Shown: positions 7,710-17,782, counted from the stretch's first letter. The stretch is 32,000 bases of DNA from Candidatus Calditenuaceae archaeon HR02 (GCA_002898395.1 BEHE01000005.1:28200-60199); one strand, 5' to 3'. Made by a program: numbers and translations. Notes: generated by a model not told the origin, from the letters alone.

Positions 7710-10700
7710 TTGGGGGAGGAAAGAAGCTCATACCTCTCCGAGATAATGGAGAGGGTGAAGAGGGAGTACGAGGTTGCAAGGGAGTTTAGGCGAAGGGTTC
7801 AGCAACCGACAGGTGACGTTGAGGTCAAGATAGCCTATGACATGGCTGAGAGGATTGAGCTTCTTGTAGGGCCTCCAGGTGTAGCGGCCATCATAAGAGA
7901 GCTTAAACAGGGATGCGACCCAGAGATAGTACCCTTCCGCCTCATAGATCGCCTATACAGCGACTCAAGAGAGCCTGACCCATCCAAGCTCACCCAGATC
8001 CTCCGCGCCGCACTGGCTATGATGACGCCTCCCGGAACAACAGCCGCACCCAACGAGGGCATAGTCGGCGTAAAAATAAAGCAGAACAACGACGGCACAA
8101 GCTACATGGCTGTCTACTACGCGGGCCCTATAAGGTCAGCTGGAGGCACTGAGATTGCAGGCTCAGTCGTCCTGGCCGATTACTTGAGGAAGGTGGCGGG
8201 GCTCTCACCCTACAGGGCAACAGAGGAGGAGGTGATGCGTTTCATCGAAGAGATCCGGACCTACAGGAGAAAGGTCGGTAATTTTCAGTACAATGTGCCG
8301 GAGGACGTTTTACGATATGTTCTCCACAGGCTTCCGATAGAGATCACAGGTATTGCGACTGACAACATTCCCGTTTCAAGCTTTAGAGACTTGAATAGGG
8401 TTGAAACTCCCTATCTTAGAGGTGGAGCCCTTAGGGTTGTCAACGACGGCGTTGTGGGTAGGGCCAGAAAGCTCTTGAGGTTGATCGAGACGGCTGGGCT
8501 TGAGGGCTGGGAGTGGCTCCGTGCAGTTCCTGAGATGCTGAAAAAATATGCGCCAGCCCGGAGAGGATCTGTGATCGAGGAGGTGGTTGGGGGAAGGCCC
8601 GTGCTCTCCATGGGAAACATGTTCGGGGGATTCCGCCTACGGTACGGCCGAGCCCCCAACACCTCAATGGCAGCGCTCGGCATCCATCCCTACACCATGA
8701 AGATTCTGAAGGGCTACGTTGCGATAGGGACCCAGCTGAAGACGGACTATCCTGGGAAGGGCGGGGTAGCGATGGCAGTTTCAACCATCGAGCCACCCAT
8801 AGTCATGCTTTCCGACACTTCTGTGATAAGGGTGGATTCGGAGCAGAAGCTTGCAGAGGCGGAAGAGAGGCTCAGCAAGGTCCTATTCAACGGGGACATA
8901 CTAGTCAGCTTCGGCGACTGTGTGGAGAACAATGTAAGGCTACAACCGCCGGGATACTGTGAAGAGTATTGGGTGGAGGAGATAGTATCGAATCAGGGCT
9001 GGATGGATATCCTCTCGAAAGACGAAGTAGTTGAGGTTGAGAGGGTCTTGGCAGACCCTTTCACCTACACCCCTAAAGTTGAGGAGGCGTGTAAAATCAG
9101 CGCGAAACTGGGCGTCCCAATCCACCCAAGATACATGCCCTTCTGGGACATGTCCACAGGGGGAGACATCGAAGTCCTCAGACGTTGGCTAAGAACCGCT
9201 ATCCAATCGTCGGCGAGAAGCTCAGGCTACTTCCAACTACCCATAGACAGCAACGCCAAGAGAATTCTAGAATCAATGCTCATAGAGCACAGGATCCAAG
9301 GTAACAGGATCCAAGTCTCAAAGGAATGGGTCAAGGCGCTAATCTTCCTATTCAGACCCTTCAAGGACATTGACGTCTCAGGCATGAGTTTGGGCGAGGC
9401 TGTTGAGAGACTTTCAGGGACTCCATACCGCCCACGGATGGGTACCGTTCTCACTGTGAGGGTTGGCCGGCCAGAGAAGGCTAGGCAGAGGCGCTTGAAA
9501 CCCCCGGTACACCTCCTTTATCCCCTAGGATTAGCTGGCGGTGCAATGCGCGACGTAGTGAAGGCTGCTGAGCACGAAAACCTATCCCTAGAACTAGTAT
9601 CACGGATATGTATGACCTGTGGTGAAAGGACTTGGCGCGGCGTCTGCAGCAGGTGTGAGAAACCTACTGTGCCGGTGGCCGACTGTGACCAGTGTGGTTC
9701 TGAGTACATGGAGCCTGAGGGAAAGGTTTGTCCCCGATGTGGACACACCCTAAAAGCCTCAAGGAAGTGGGTGGTGGACCTAAAGGAGGAGCTCCGGAGA
9801 GCGGAGGGCGTGGCGAGGGCTTCAGTAAAAATGTTGAAGGGTGTTAAGAAGCTGACAAGCTGGTCTAAACAGCCAGAAGACCTAGTGAAGGGCATTCTGC
9901 GTGCTTGGCAGGGACTCTATGTCTACAAGGACGGGACAATTAGGTTTGATAGCACAAACGCACCTCTGACACACTTCACTCCTAACCAGATTGGAGTTGA
10001 GCCGGCAAAACTGCGTGCCCTAGGATATGCCTCTGACATTAACGGTGAACCACTCCGCAGCCCCGACCAGCTCCTTGAGCTGAAGATCCAGGATATAGTG
10101 ATACCCTCTGAGCTAGCGGCTCACCTCTACAAGACATCCAAGTTCATCGACAGACTCCTAGCCTGTGTAGGTCTACCAGAATACTACAGATTCAGCTCGC
10201 TTAGTGATGTCATCGGTACTCTGGTCGCCACGCTTTCCCCCCATACATATGGGGCGGTGGTCTGCAGGGTGATTGGCATAACAGGTGCGAGGGTAGTGTA
10301 TGCGCACCCCCTCCTACACGCCGCGAAGCGGCGAGACTGTGACGGGGACGAGGACAGCGTCATGCTCCTACTCGACGTATTCATGAACTTTAGTAGAAAA
10401 TATCTGCCTGACAAGATTGGGGGGATGATGGATACGCCACTTCTCCTCAACGTGATAGTAGACCCTAGGGAGGTTGACGAGCAATCTCATAATGTTGAAG
10501 TCGTCACTAGATTCCCCCTAGAATTCTACCAGGCGGCTGTGCGTGGCGAGCCTGCGGTTCAGCTGGTTGATAGGATTCGACTTCTCAAGGAGCTGGTCAG
10601 TATGGGTCCTAATTTAAGAGGGATAAAGTGCATGCGCCACATATCCGTTCTCCAAGGATTCGTGAATAAGTCCACATACACTAAAAAGAGCACCATGATT

Positions 10701-11099
10701 GAGAGGGTTACAGCACAGCTAGAACTATGTAACATGTTAAGCGCTGTGGACCCCAGGCTCGTTGCAGAGAGGGTTATGGCTCATCACGTTCTCCCCGACA
10801 TTATAGGGAACCTGCGCACATATTTCTCACAGTCCTACAGGTGTAAGAGGTGTGGAACTCGTTACAGAAGAATACTCTTGAGGGGTGTCTGCAGGATCTG
10901 TGGTGGAGAGCTGAGCCAAACGGTGTATAGGGGAGCTGTAGAGAAGTATGTTGAACTCGCAACACTCTTGTTGGAGGAGTATATTGAAAATCCGTACTTG
11001 AGGGAGGGGTCTATCAACGCTATTGAGAACATACAGTCTGTCTTTAAGCAAGCACCTGCAAGAAGCCCTCGCCAACTCTCGCTAAAGAGGTATATGTGA
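7710..11099 (+). CDS. dp2: DNA polymerase II (PolD) large catalytic subunit DP2
   Basis: The 1129-aa ORF has the signatures FGGFRLRYGRAPNTSMAALGIHP and AAKRRDCDGDEDSVMLLLD (catalytic acidic motif). Cys4 clusters are CMTCGE..CSRC, CDQCG..CPRCG and the C-terminal CKRCG..CRICGG. No intein is evident. Confidence 0.95.
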   Translation: MGEERSSYLSEIMERVKREYEVAREFRRRVQQPTGDVEVKIAYDMAERIELLVGPPGVAAIIRELKQGCDPEIVPFRLIDRLYSDSREPDPSKLTQILRAALAMMTPPGTTAAPNEGIVGVKIKQNNDGTSYMAVYYAGPIRSAGGTEIAGSVVLADYLRKVAGLSPYRATEEEVMRFIEEIRTYRRKVGNFQYNVPEDVLRYVLHRLPIEITGIATDNIPVSSFRDLNRVETPYLRGGALRVVNDGVVGRARKLLRLIETAGLEGWEWLRAVPEMLKKYAPARRGSVIEEVVGGRPVLSMGNMFGGFRLRYGRAPNTSMAALGIHPYTMKILKGYVAIGTQLKTDYPGKGGVAMAVSTIEPPIVMLSDTSVIRVDSEQKLAEAEERLSKVLFNGDILVSFGDCVENNVRLQPPGYCEEYWVEEIVSNQGWMDILSKDEVVEVERVLADPFTYTPKVEEACKISAKLGVPIHPRYMPFWDMSTGGDIEVLRRWLRTAIQSSARSSGYFQLPIDSNAKRILESMLIEHRIQGNRIQVSKEWVKALIFLFRPFKDIDVSGMSLGEAVERLSGTPYRPRMGTVLTVRVGRPEKARQRRLKPPVHLLYPLGLAGGAMRDVVKAAEHENLSLELVSRICMTCGERTWRGVCSRCEKPTVPVADCDQCGSEYMEPEGKVCPRCGHTLKASRKWVVDLKEELRRAEGVARASVKMLKGVKKLTSWSKQPEDLVKGILRAWQGLYVYKDGTIRFDSTNAPLTHFTPNQIGVEPAKLRALGYASDINGEPLRSPDQLLELKIQDIVIPSELAAHLYKTSKFIDRLLACVGLPEYYRFSSLSDVIGTLVATLSPHTYGAVVCRVIGITGARVVYAHPLLHAAKRRDCDGDEDSVMLLLDVFMNFSRKYLPDKIGGMMDTPLLLNVIVDPREVDEQSHNVEVVTRFPLEFYQAAVRGEPAVQLVDRIRLLKELVSMGPNLRGIKCMRHISVLQGFVNKSTYTKKSTMIERVTAQLELCNMLSAVDPRLVAERVMAHHVLPDIIGNLRTYFSQSYRCKRCGTRYRRILLRGVCRICGGELSQTVYRGAVEKYVELATLLLEEYIENPYLREGSINAIENIQSVFKQAPARSPRQLSLKRYM

Positions 11100-11104
11100 G
11101 GGGG

Positions 11105-11431
11105 TTAGACGGTCCTCCTTAAAACGCTCTGCGACTTCTCTTCATGCCTTAAAACCTCCAACTCCCTTCTTACAGCAGATCTAAACAAGAGTGCACCGGT
11201 AAATCCAATTACAGCCCCTATGAAAGCCGTAAGAAGATGGAGGGGGAAATTGGCGAATACCTCCCATCCTAAGGGATCATTATGCTTATTCTCAATAACG
11301 AGTAGGAAAAGCACGGTAGGAACGATGTTTATAGCCACTCCTACTAGTGCGACGACTAGGGCGATGCGTGCCCTCCTGCTTAGGGTGACAGGGGGTCTCT
11401 CGGTCAACTTGGCGGCATACCTAACAATCAA
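11105..11431 (-). CDS. Small hypothetical membrane protein (about 3 TM helices)
   Basis: The 108-aa ORF has hydrophobic segments IALVVALVGVAINIVPTVLFLLVI and LHLLTAFIGAVIGFTGALLF. The start is uncertain; a TTG at about 11407 is also possible. Confidence 0.55.
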   Translation of the reverse strand: MIVRYAAKLTERPPVTLSRRARIALVVALVGVAINIVPTVLFLLVIENKHNDPLGWEVFANFPLHLLTAFIGAVIGFTGALLFRSAVRRELEVLRHEEKSQSVLRRTV

Positions 11432-11608
11432 GCATCATATATCTTTTTTGCCACACTGGAGCAGGCTCCCCAATACATACTGCTACGCGTAACACTACAC
11501 TCATCCAATCCTGTAACCTACAAAGCCCTACACCGATACCGCCGAGCTTTCTAAACTTTCCGTCGGACTAGCCTCCTAACACAGTGTAGCGACAATTCGG
11601 AGTCAGAC

Positions 11609-11616
11609 TTTTATTT
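11609..11616 (+). promoter_or_regulatory. TATA-like box (ttttattt) for Sm-like gene
   Basis: It lies about 26-33 nt upstream of the TTG at 11642. It overlaps the start of the longest tracked ORF (11615), which argues for the shorter CDS. Confidence 0.4.
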
Positions 11617-11641
11617 GGGTCTAGCAATACTTTACTGGGTC

Positions 11642-11887
11642 TTGAGCACTGCGACGGGAGTTAGACCGCTCAGTCTCATAATGAACAGCTTCAGCAAGCA
11701 GGTTCGGGTAATGCTGAAGAACGATATATCCTATGTTGGAACACTCGTGGAGGCTGATAACTACATGAACCTCGTCATAAACCGCGGGGTTGAATATCAA
11801 AACGACGTAAAAAAGGCGAGTTACCCCTACATATTGGTGAGGGGGAATAACGTGCTATACATACAGCTTGACTATACTGAAGAATAG
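11642..11887 (+). CDS. Sm-like archaeal protein (SmAP/LSm)
   Basis: The Sm1 motif is RPLSLIMNSFSKQVRVMLKNDISYVGTLVEADNYMNLVI and the Sm2 motif is YILVRGNNVLYI. The start is chosen at TTG 11642 from the promoter position. ATG 11681 or the tracked 11615 are alternatives. Confidence 0.85.
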   Translation: MSTATGVRPLSLIMNSFSKQVRVMLKNDISYVGTLVEADNYMNLVINRGVEYQNDVKKASYPYILVRGNNVLYIQLDYTEE

Positions 11888-11935
11888 GAAAGCGCTTGTG
11901 GAGCCACTAATTCAACGGTGTGATGGGGGGGTTCC

Positions 11936-11946
11936 TTTTAAATATA
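11936..11946 (+). promoter_or_regulatory. TATA box (ttttaaatata) for SAM synthetase
   Basis: It lies 22-32 nt upstream of ATG 11968, in a leaderless configuration. A G7 tract lies immediately upstream. Confidence 0.45.
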
Positions 11947-11967
11947 GGCTTTACAGTCGGCTAATCG

Positions 11968-13203
11968 ATGCTGAAGACATCGGTCGTGTTTGAAAGGATT
12001 AAGGGTTTACCTACGGGCAAGCAGTACGTCGAGATTGTTGAGAGAAAGGGGCTAGGCCATCCAGACTACATTATAGACTCGGTATGCGAGGCCGCCAGTG
12101 TAGCACTCTCGAAATACTACTTGGAGAACTTTGGCAAGATATACCACCACAACTTGGACAAGGGACTGCTCGTTGGTGGCAAAGCTACACCTGTGTTTGG
12201 AGGCGGAACACTAGACGAGCCCATATACATCATAATAGCGGGCAGGGCGACAACCTTCATAAAGACGCCAACCAACAGGTACGTAGTTCCAGTGGATGAA
12301 TTGCTTAAAGAGGCCATTAGATCGTTTATCAAAAACAACTTCAGGTTCCTTGACCCGGACAAGCACATAGTCTCGGATAGCAGGATAAGGCCTGGAAGCG
12401 CTGACCTGGTGAGGATAGTGGAGTATGATAAGGGTGCAGCGCCTCTCTCCAACGATACCTCTTTTGGAGTCGGCTACGCCCCATTTACAACTCTTGAAAA
12501 GATAGTGTACAGTGTGGAGAGGGAGATTAACAGCCCCTCATTCAAGAAGACGTTGAAGGAGAGTGGTGAAGACTGTAAAGTGATGGGTCTGAGGAAGGGG
12601 GACAAAATCCATCTAACCATAGCTGACGGTATAGTTTCTCACCTCACACCAGACCTAGACCACTACATCTCAGTCAAGGAGGAGATAAGAGATAGGGTAC
12701 TCGATCTGGCGGTCAAGATGTCAGACGGCATGGATGTGGTGGTAGATGTAAACACGGGGGACATGATCAATCTTGAGAGGCGGGAGGAGAGTAGTGTTTA
12801 CTTGACCGTTACAGGCACTTCTGCAGAGCATGGAGATGATGGGAACACGGGGCGAGGTAACAGGGCCTCTGGATTAATCACCCCCTGTAGACAGATGTCA
12901 CTCGAGGCTACGGCTGGAAAAAACCCGGTCTCCCACGTGGGCAAAATATACAACGTGGCAGCGTACAAGATCGCCGACAAGATCTACAGCGAGTGCAACG
13001 TGTTCGACGAGGTTTACGTCAAACTTTTAGCTCAGATTGGGCGAAGGATTGACAGGCCGCTCATGACATCCATTCAATACATCTCGAGTGAGAAGATCAC
13101 TTCAAACGTGAGGAACGAGGTGAAGGAGATAGTCAACTACGAGCTGAAAAATATTACGAGGCTGACTGACCTGATTCTGCGAGGTGAGGTCCGCCTCTTC
13201 TAG
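11968..13203 (+). CDS. mat: Archaeal-type S-adenosylmethionine synthetase (MAT)
   Basis: The 411-aa ORF has motifs [25 protein letters not shown] and [13 protein letters not shown], characteristic of the archaeal AdoMet synthetase family. Confidence 0.92.
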   Translation: MLKTSVVFERIKGLPTGKQYVEIVERKGLGHPDYIIDSVCEAASVALSKYYLENFGKIYHHNLDKGLLVGGKATPVFGGGTLDEPIYIIIAGRATTFIKTPTNRYVVPVDELLKEAIRSFIKNNFRFLDPDKHIVSDSRIRPGSADLVRIVEYDKGAAPLSNDTSFGVGYAPFTTLEKIVYSVEREINSPSFKKTLKESGEDCKVMGLRKGDKIHLTIADGIVSHLTPDLDHYISVKEEIRDRVLDLAVKMSDGMDVVVDVNTGDMINLERREESSVYLTVTGTSAEHGDDGNTGRGNRASGLITPCRQMSLEATAGKNPVSHVGKIYNVAAYKIADKIYSECNVFDEVYVKLLAQIGRRIDRPLMTSIQYISSEKITSNVRNEVKEIVNYELKNITRLTDLILRGEVRLF

Positions 13204-13949
13204 TCTGCACTGCATAGGAACCTGTCAAGCCCCTTTCTCCTCCTCAAAATTTCCTGTGCCTTACGAGGTGAGAGTTGCCTAAACTCTACCCCCAATATTC
13301 TTGCCTTTCTAGCCGCTCTGCTTGATAATCGTGGGGCAACTATCATTTGCCTAGGCTTTGACCCAAACTCTTCTTCTATCTGGGTAGAGTACCTGACGAG
13401 CTGCTCGACATCACCGATATCCGCGCTCTCCCTCTTTATCTCTATTACCACAAGCCTCCCCTCCCTATCCACGCCGAGTACGTCGATATATCCACTTTTG
13501 GTCTTTCTCTCACTCTCAACGACTCTAAATCCATCCTCGATTATGCTGGGCTCCGCTATGATCGCCTGCTTCATATCCTCCTCACGGGCATGTATCTGGA
13601 ATTCGCCCTCATCCCTCAGTCCAAACGATGATAGGCTGAGTACTCGTGTGATAATGATTTTCAGCATTTCGGGTGGCGAAGTGCGCTTAGAGACAATCAC
13701 CAGCTTCCCCTCCTCGCCCCAAACGTCTATGTGACTTCCGGCTGGCTGCCAGTTCGTGGGCTCATAGCCCGTAGGCCGGTGGACAAGAACGCTCCTATCT
13801 TGTTTGATAACTAGGAGTCTTTCTCCGCTGCTTAGCCAGCTGATGGACCGCCCCTCATAGAACACTTCCATCTCGCCGATTATTGTGACCAGTCTGCCGG
13901 CCGTGATTGCCGACTTGATTTCAGCTATAGCCTCGTCTATACCGATCAA
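13200..13949 (-). CDS. nucS: Endonuclease NucS/EndoMS
   Basis: The 249-aa ORF has the RecB-like nuclease core GYIDVLGVDREGRLVVIEIKR and an N-terminal ssDNA-binding half. It has a TTG start. Its 3' end overlaps the mat stop by 4 nt, convergently. Confidence 0.9.
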   Translation of the reverse strand: MIGIDEAIAEIKSAITAGRLVTIIGEMEVFYEGRSISWLSSGERLLVIKQDRSVLVHRPTGYEPTNWQPAGSHIDVWGEEGKLVIVSKRTSPPEMLKIIITRVLSLSSFGLRDEGEFQIHAREEDMKQAIIAEPSIIEDGFRVVESERKTKSGYIDVLGVDREGRLVVIEIKRESADIGDVEQLVRYSTQIEEEFGSKPRQMIVAPRLSSRAARKARILGVEFRQLSPRKAQEILRRRKGLDRFLCSAD

Positions 13950-13954
13950 GGTGG

Positions 13955-15559
13955 CTACGCTACCATCTTAGCCATGTAAGGTCCATGCCTCTCATATCCT
14001 TTCTTGGCATAGTATTCCTTGACTCCGAGCCCGCTGATCACTACAACTCTCCGGTAGCCCTCGTGTTGGGCGATCTCCTCAGCCCTTCTCAGGAGCATAG
14101 CGCCTATGCCCCGGTGCTGCCACACCCCCCGGTCAGGCCTACTGCCTACCGGCGTCATCTCACCATAGACATGTAGCTCCCTAACCAGGGCAGCCCCGTC
14201 TAGAAGCTCGTTTGCCGGCTCCTCGGGAAGCCTAAGCCTCAGCAGGCCGGCCAAGACCCACCCATCACTGGTCTCATAAGAGATGAAGACTTCTCGGCCC
14301 CCTAGCGTGTCGTACCATAGCTCCTTAACCCCCATGGATTGGAGGTGCTCCACGCTAGTCATTGTCTGCCTTCCCACCTCGCGACATCGGATGCACCTGC
14401 AGCGTATACCGCGCCTCTCCGCCTCCCTTTCTACCAGTTCCCTCAGGTTGCCGGGGTATCGACCGTCTACAGCAACCTCGCTTGGTATCTCACGCCTAAT
14501 TCTTTGTATTCTGACGTATGGTGGTGTAAGTTCTATCGTCCGGACGAGGAGGTCGACCAGCGTCTTAACATCATATGGTCTGTACTCCCCCCGTTTCCAG
14601 AGCTGGTGTAGGGGTGTGTCTGGCAGCACCATGGTTGGGTAAATCTTGATGGTGTCTGGCCTGAAGCGTGGGTCTTGGAAGATGGTCCTATACATTTCGA
14701 GGTCTTTCTCAGGGTTAGAGCCTGGGAGTCCGGGCATAAAGTGGTATCCAACTTTGAAGGCCCTGTCCCTGAGTATTCGTGTTGCATCTACAACGTCTTG
14801 GACGGTGTGTCCTCGGGCTATGAGGCGATATATCTCGTCATCAAGTGCTTGTACGCCGAGCTCAACACGGGTCACACCAAGCCTAACCAACTCATCTGCT
14901 ATTGCGGGTCTGACCCAGTCAGGCCTCGTCTCCACCATCATGCCTATCAAACGGGGGCGAGCCCACTCCGCCCTTCTCAGCGCCTCCTCAACACTACTTG
15001 ATTTGGAGTTATGAAGACCGTCGAGGGCCGCCTTAATGTATGTTCTCTGCGCCTCGAGGCTTGCTGATGTGTATGTCCCCCCTATGAATATGATCTCTAC
15101 CTTATCGACTTCGTGACCCATACTCTCCAACCTTCTCATATAGTTTCTAACCTGTTCCTCGACGTTGTATCCGATGCTGCGCGCGTAGCTAACTACTGGC
15201 TCAGCTCCTGTGTAGCTCTGCGGGAACCCCGTCTGCCCCCCGCCCGGACAGTATATGCACCGGCCGTGCGGGCAGTTGAACAGCGGGATTACGGCTGTTA
15301 TTATTGTAACGCCCGACCTAGTCTTGACTGGCTTGCGTCTGAGCTGTCTAAGCATTGTGGATGGGGCTCCTCGCTTCTTTAACACTTGAATCAGCTCGAT
15401 GTTGCTTGGTATCTCTTTAATGTCGAGCTTCCTTGCCAAAATTATCTTTGTAGCCGAGATACTTGTGCTTACGAGTTGCGACTCTCTGAGTAGAGCCTCT
15501 GCTAGCTTTTCAGCCCCCCTACTTCCTGAGGGGTTCACCGAACCGTCCATAATAGGCAA
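13955..15559 (-). CDS. elp3: Elp3-type radical SAM / GNAT tRNA-modification enzyme
   Basis: The 534-aa ORF has the radical-SAM cluster CPHGRCIYCPGG and the C-terminal GNAT motif QHRGIGAMLLRRAEEIA. The start is TTG 15559 or ATG 15550. A TATA-like tataatc is at 15591-15597. Confidence 0.92.
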   Translation of the reverse strand: MPIMDGSVNPSGSRGAEKLAEALLRESQLVSTSISATKIILARKLDIKEIPSNIELIQVLKKRGAPSTMLRQLRRKPVKTRSGVTIITAVIPLFNCPHGRCIYCPGGGQTGFPQSYTGAEPVVSYARSIGYNVEEQVRNYMRRLESMGHEVDKVEIIFIGGTYTSASLEAQRTYIKAALDGLHNSKSSSVEEALRRAEWARPRLIGMMVETRPDWVRPAIADELVRLGVTRVELGVQALDDEIYRLIARGHTVQDVVDATRILRDRAFKVGYHFMPGLPGSNPEKDLEMYRTIFQDPRFRPDTIKIYPTMVLPDTPLHQLWKRGEYRPYDVKTLVDLLVRTIELTPPYVRIQRIRREIPSEVAVDGRYPGNLRELVEREAERRGIRCRCIRCREVGRQTMTSVEHLQSMGVKELWYDTLGGREVFISYETSDGWVLAGLLRLRLPEEPANELLDGAALVRELHVYGEMTPVGSRPDRGVWQHRGIGAMLLRRAEEIAQHEGYRRVVVISGLGVKEYYAKKGYERHGPYMAKMVA

Positions 15560-16037
15560 TCTGCTCCAAAGGCAACCTATTCTTCCTACCTATAATCCTC
15601 TTTACAGGATAGCCGAACCCGACGAATCCTGCAATAGCTAGGTTAGGAGGAATCTTCAGCCAATTCCTCAGGGCTTCCTCATTATAGCCTGTACAGATGC
15701 ATGAGACTATCCCCCTACTCCAAGCCTCTAGCATCATATTAGTTATCGCCCGGCCAGCGTCGAGGAGGTGCCAAGCATATCGCGAGTCGGTAAGAACAAC
15801 CACTGCGAAGCTCGCGCCACCCACCCATTTACCCGTAATGCTAAGGTCAGCGAGTTTCTGAAGATCCTCACGCTTATCGAGAAGTATGAAGCGCCAGTGC
15901 TGACTATTCATCCCCGACCCAGCCATGCGGCCAGCATCCAGTATACTGATCTTATCCTCCCACGGAACCTCTTTCGGGGAGAAATTCCGTATGTCAAGCT
16001 TTGTCCGTATCACATTTGTAACTGATGTCAATGACAC
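15519..16037 (-). CDS. Nitroreductase-family flavoprotein
   Basis: The sequence RTKLDIRNFSPKEVPWEDKISILDAGRMAGSGMNSQHWRFIL is typical of the nitroreductase fold. The start is chosen at in-frame GTG 16037 (residue 46 of the tracked ORF 15519..16172), because a TATA-like box sits about 28 nt upstream. The extension is Arg-rich and overlaps fixC/X. Confidence 0.8.
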   Translation of the reverse strand: MSLTSVTNVIRTKLDIRNFSPKEVPWEDKISILDAGRMAGSGMNSQHWRFILLDKREDLQKLADLSITGKWVGGASFAVVVLTDSRYAWHLLDAGRAITNMMLEAWSRGIVSCICTGYNEEALRNWLKIPPNLAIAGFVGFGYPVKRIIGRKNRLPLEQIAYYGRFGEPLRK

Positions 16038-16060
16038 AGTTTGTTGTCTATATGGGCAAA

Positions 16061-16070
16061 TATTAAATTT
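16061..16070 (-). promoter_or_regulatory. TATA-like box (aaatttaata on minus strand) for nitroreductase
   Basis: It lies immediately after the fixC/X stop and about 24-33 nt upstream of GTG 16037. Confidence 0.4.
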
Positions 16071-16072
16071 TT

Positions 16073-17782
16073 CTACCCGTATTTGAATCTGACACCGTGG
16101 CCGTCTCTCTCGTGACCGAAGTCTACTATGCCTGGTGGACCGATAACTCCGCATGTCCCACAGGCCACGCATGCCACGTGGTCGAAGTTCAGCCTAGCCC
16201 GCGCCATGTCCTCTATCGTTTCGGCCCTAGCCAGGGCCTTTGCCTTATCCCCCGCCACGCCCTCGGCAACTCTTCTAGCCAGGTTATACTCGTAGAGGTC
16301 TTTCAGGGAGGCGAAAACCCCCTTCTCTAGAACCAGAGTATAACAGTTTACAGGACAGGCCGACACCCACATCTTAAGCCTCTGCGCGGAGGCCTTGGCG
16401 GTATCCACTTTTATGTGGCTGTATTCCTTATCCTCGTCATAGTCCAGAAGCCCGGTCCTCTCTTGTACCCTCTTAATAGCATCAATGTTTAGGGGGTTGA
16501 AATCTTTCTGGACTTTGGCCTCTACCTTCTCGCCGGTGAGCCGCAGCATAAACCTCGGCGCGAGTCTGTATGCGATTGAGGATTCGGTGAGCATCGCATT
16601 TCTCCCAGACCTCTGGACATCCCTGTAGATTGGTCTGAGCAACTCCTTATAGATGGCGAGGGTTTTAGCGCTGAAGTCCCCCTCCTTAGCGGCCCTGAGA
16701 TACGCCTGTGCTGCCATAATCCCGGTAGCAACCGCCCGCCTCATCCCATCTATAAGGCCCCCAATCTTGATGAAGGCACCTAGTGCATCACCCGCAACTA
16801 TATAGCCTGATGTGTAGGGCTGCGCTAGCATCGTTTTATAGCCCTTCGGAATATTATGCGCTGAGTACTCTACTAGCTCAGACCCTTCTAGGAGGGGCGC
16901 AACCTCTGGGTGGGTTTCTAGGCTCTCGAGAATGTCGAGTGGCTTACCAAGGATATCCATCTTCTCTATGGCACGGTCAAGGAATGAGTCTAGCGAGATG
17001 ACAACGCCTACGCTCAAGGTGTCGTGGTTAGTGTAGAGGAAGCCGCCGCCATTTACACCCTGCATGACGTCGCCCATGTAGAAGATTGCCTTCCCCTCAC
17101 CGGGCTTGAGTCCAAACCTCTCCTCAATTTTCTCGGGGGAAAGCCTGTAGACATGCTTAACACCATGATAGACTTTATCAGGGGTGAGAGGGGGCCTAAG
17201 CCCAGTCCTGTCTACAAGCCTTGAAGTTACGCCCGAGGCATCGATAACCAGGTTACATGTGACTGTTTCGGAACTCGTGATTACTCCTCTTACCTGGTTA
17301 TCCTCACGGTAGAGGTCCTCCACCGCCTTATAGGTGACCACCACTCCGCCGCTCTCAGATACCTTCCTGGCCATCCACTTGTCCAGCTTGGCCCTTAGGA
17401 CTGAATAGCCCTCCGACCCGGTCAAGTTAAAGCCCGTGACGCCCAGCTTGTTTAGGAACGAGCCCTCTCCTATCCGCGCCCTCCTATATACGACATTCCC
17501 ATTCCACGTCTCCGGCTGGGATAAGATGGCTACTTCGTGGGAGACTATCTTCCTCTCTAAAGGAGCCTCCTCCCTAAATCCAGGGAATGCGTCATCAAAG
17601 CTATACCCCGGGAGGTACTGGGTGTATATGACTCCCCCTGTAACGTTTTTTTGCCCGGGGACCTGCGCCTTATCGACTAGGGCTACATCGACTCCCTGTC
17701 GGGCTAAGTAGTTGGCTGCCGCGCAGCCGGCTGGGCCCGCCCCCACCACTATCACGTCGTAGTCAGGCTTCACCCTCGCCAC
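16073..17782 (-). CDS. fixC: Electron-transfer flavoprotein:quinone oxidoreductase FixC fused to ferredoxin-like FixX
   Basis: The 569-aa ORF has the FAD Rossmann motif YDVIVVGAGPAGCAAANYL. The C-terminal 100 aa or so have CPVNCY and CVACGTCGVIGP, ferredoxin-like Cys motifs as in FixX. An AGGAGG precedes a second in-frame GTG at 17773, which is an alternative start. Confidence 0.88.
   Translation of the reverse strand: MARVKPDYDVIVVGAGPAGCAAANYLARQGVDVALVDKAQVPGQKNVTGGVIYTQYLPGYSFDDAFPGFREEAPLERKIVSHEVAILSQPETWNGNVVYRRARIGEGSFLNKLGVTGFNLTGSEGYSVLRAKLDKWMARKVSESGGVVVTYKAVEDLYREDNQVRGVITSSETVTCNLVIDASGVTSRLVDRTGLRPPLTPDKVYHGVKHVYRLSPEKIEERFGLKPGEGKAIFYMGDVMQGVNGGGFLYTNHDTLSVGVVISLDSFLDRAIEKMDILGKPLDILESLETHPEVAPLLEGSELVEYSAHNIPKGYKTMLAQPYTSGYIVAGDALGAFIKIGGLIDGMRRAVATGIMAAQAYLRAAKEGDFSAKTLAIYKELLRPIYRDVQRSGRNAMLTESSIAYRLAPRFMLRLTGEKVEAKVQKDFNPLNIDAIKRVQERTGLLDYDEDKEYSHIKVDTAKASAQRLKMWVSACPVNCYTLVLEKGVFASLKDLYEYNLARRVAEGVAGDKAKALARAETIEDMARARLNFDHVACVACGTCGVIGPPGIVDFGHERDGHGVRFKYG

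Noticed and set aside
268-15014. Many 60-130 aa ORFs antisense to or nested in conserved genes, for example 268-486, 888-1166, 2365-2733, 2809-3198, 3713-3991, 4259-4567, 8440-8796, 9518-9895, 12117-12452, 14283-14642 and 14646-15014.
   Set aside because: Each lies wholly inside a gene with strong family signatures on the other strand or frame. They have biased composition and are treated as shadow ORFs.
16038-16172. A 45-codon N-terminal extension of the nitroreductase ORF.
   Set aside because: It is Arg-rich, overlaps the FixC/X C-terminus, and contains the gene's own TATA-like box. The start at GTG 16037 is preferred.
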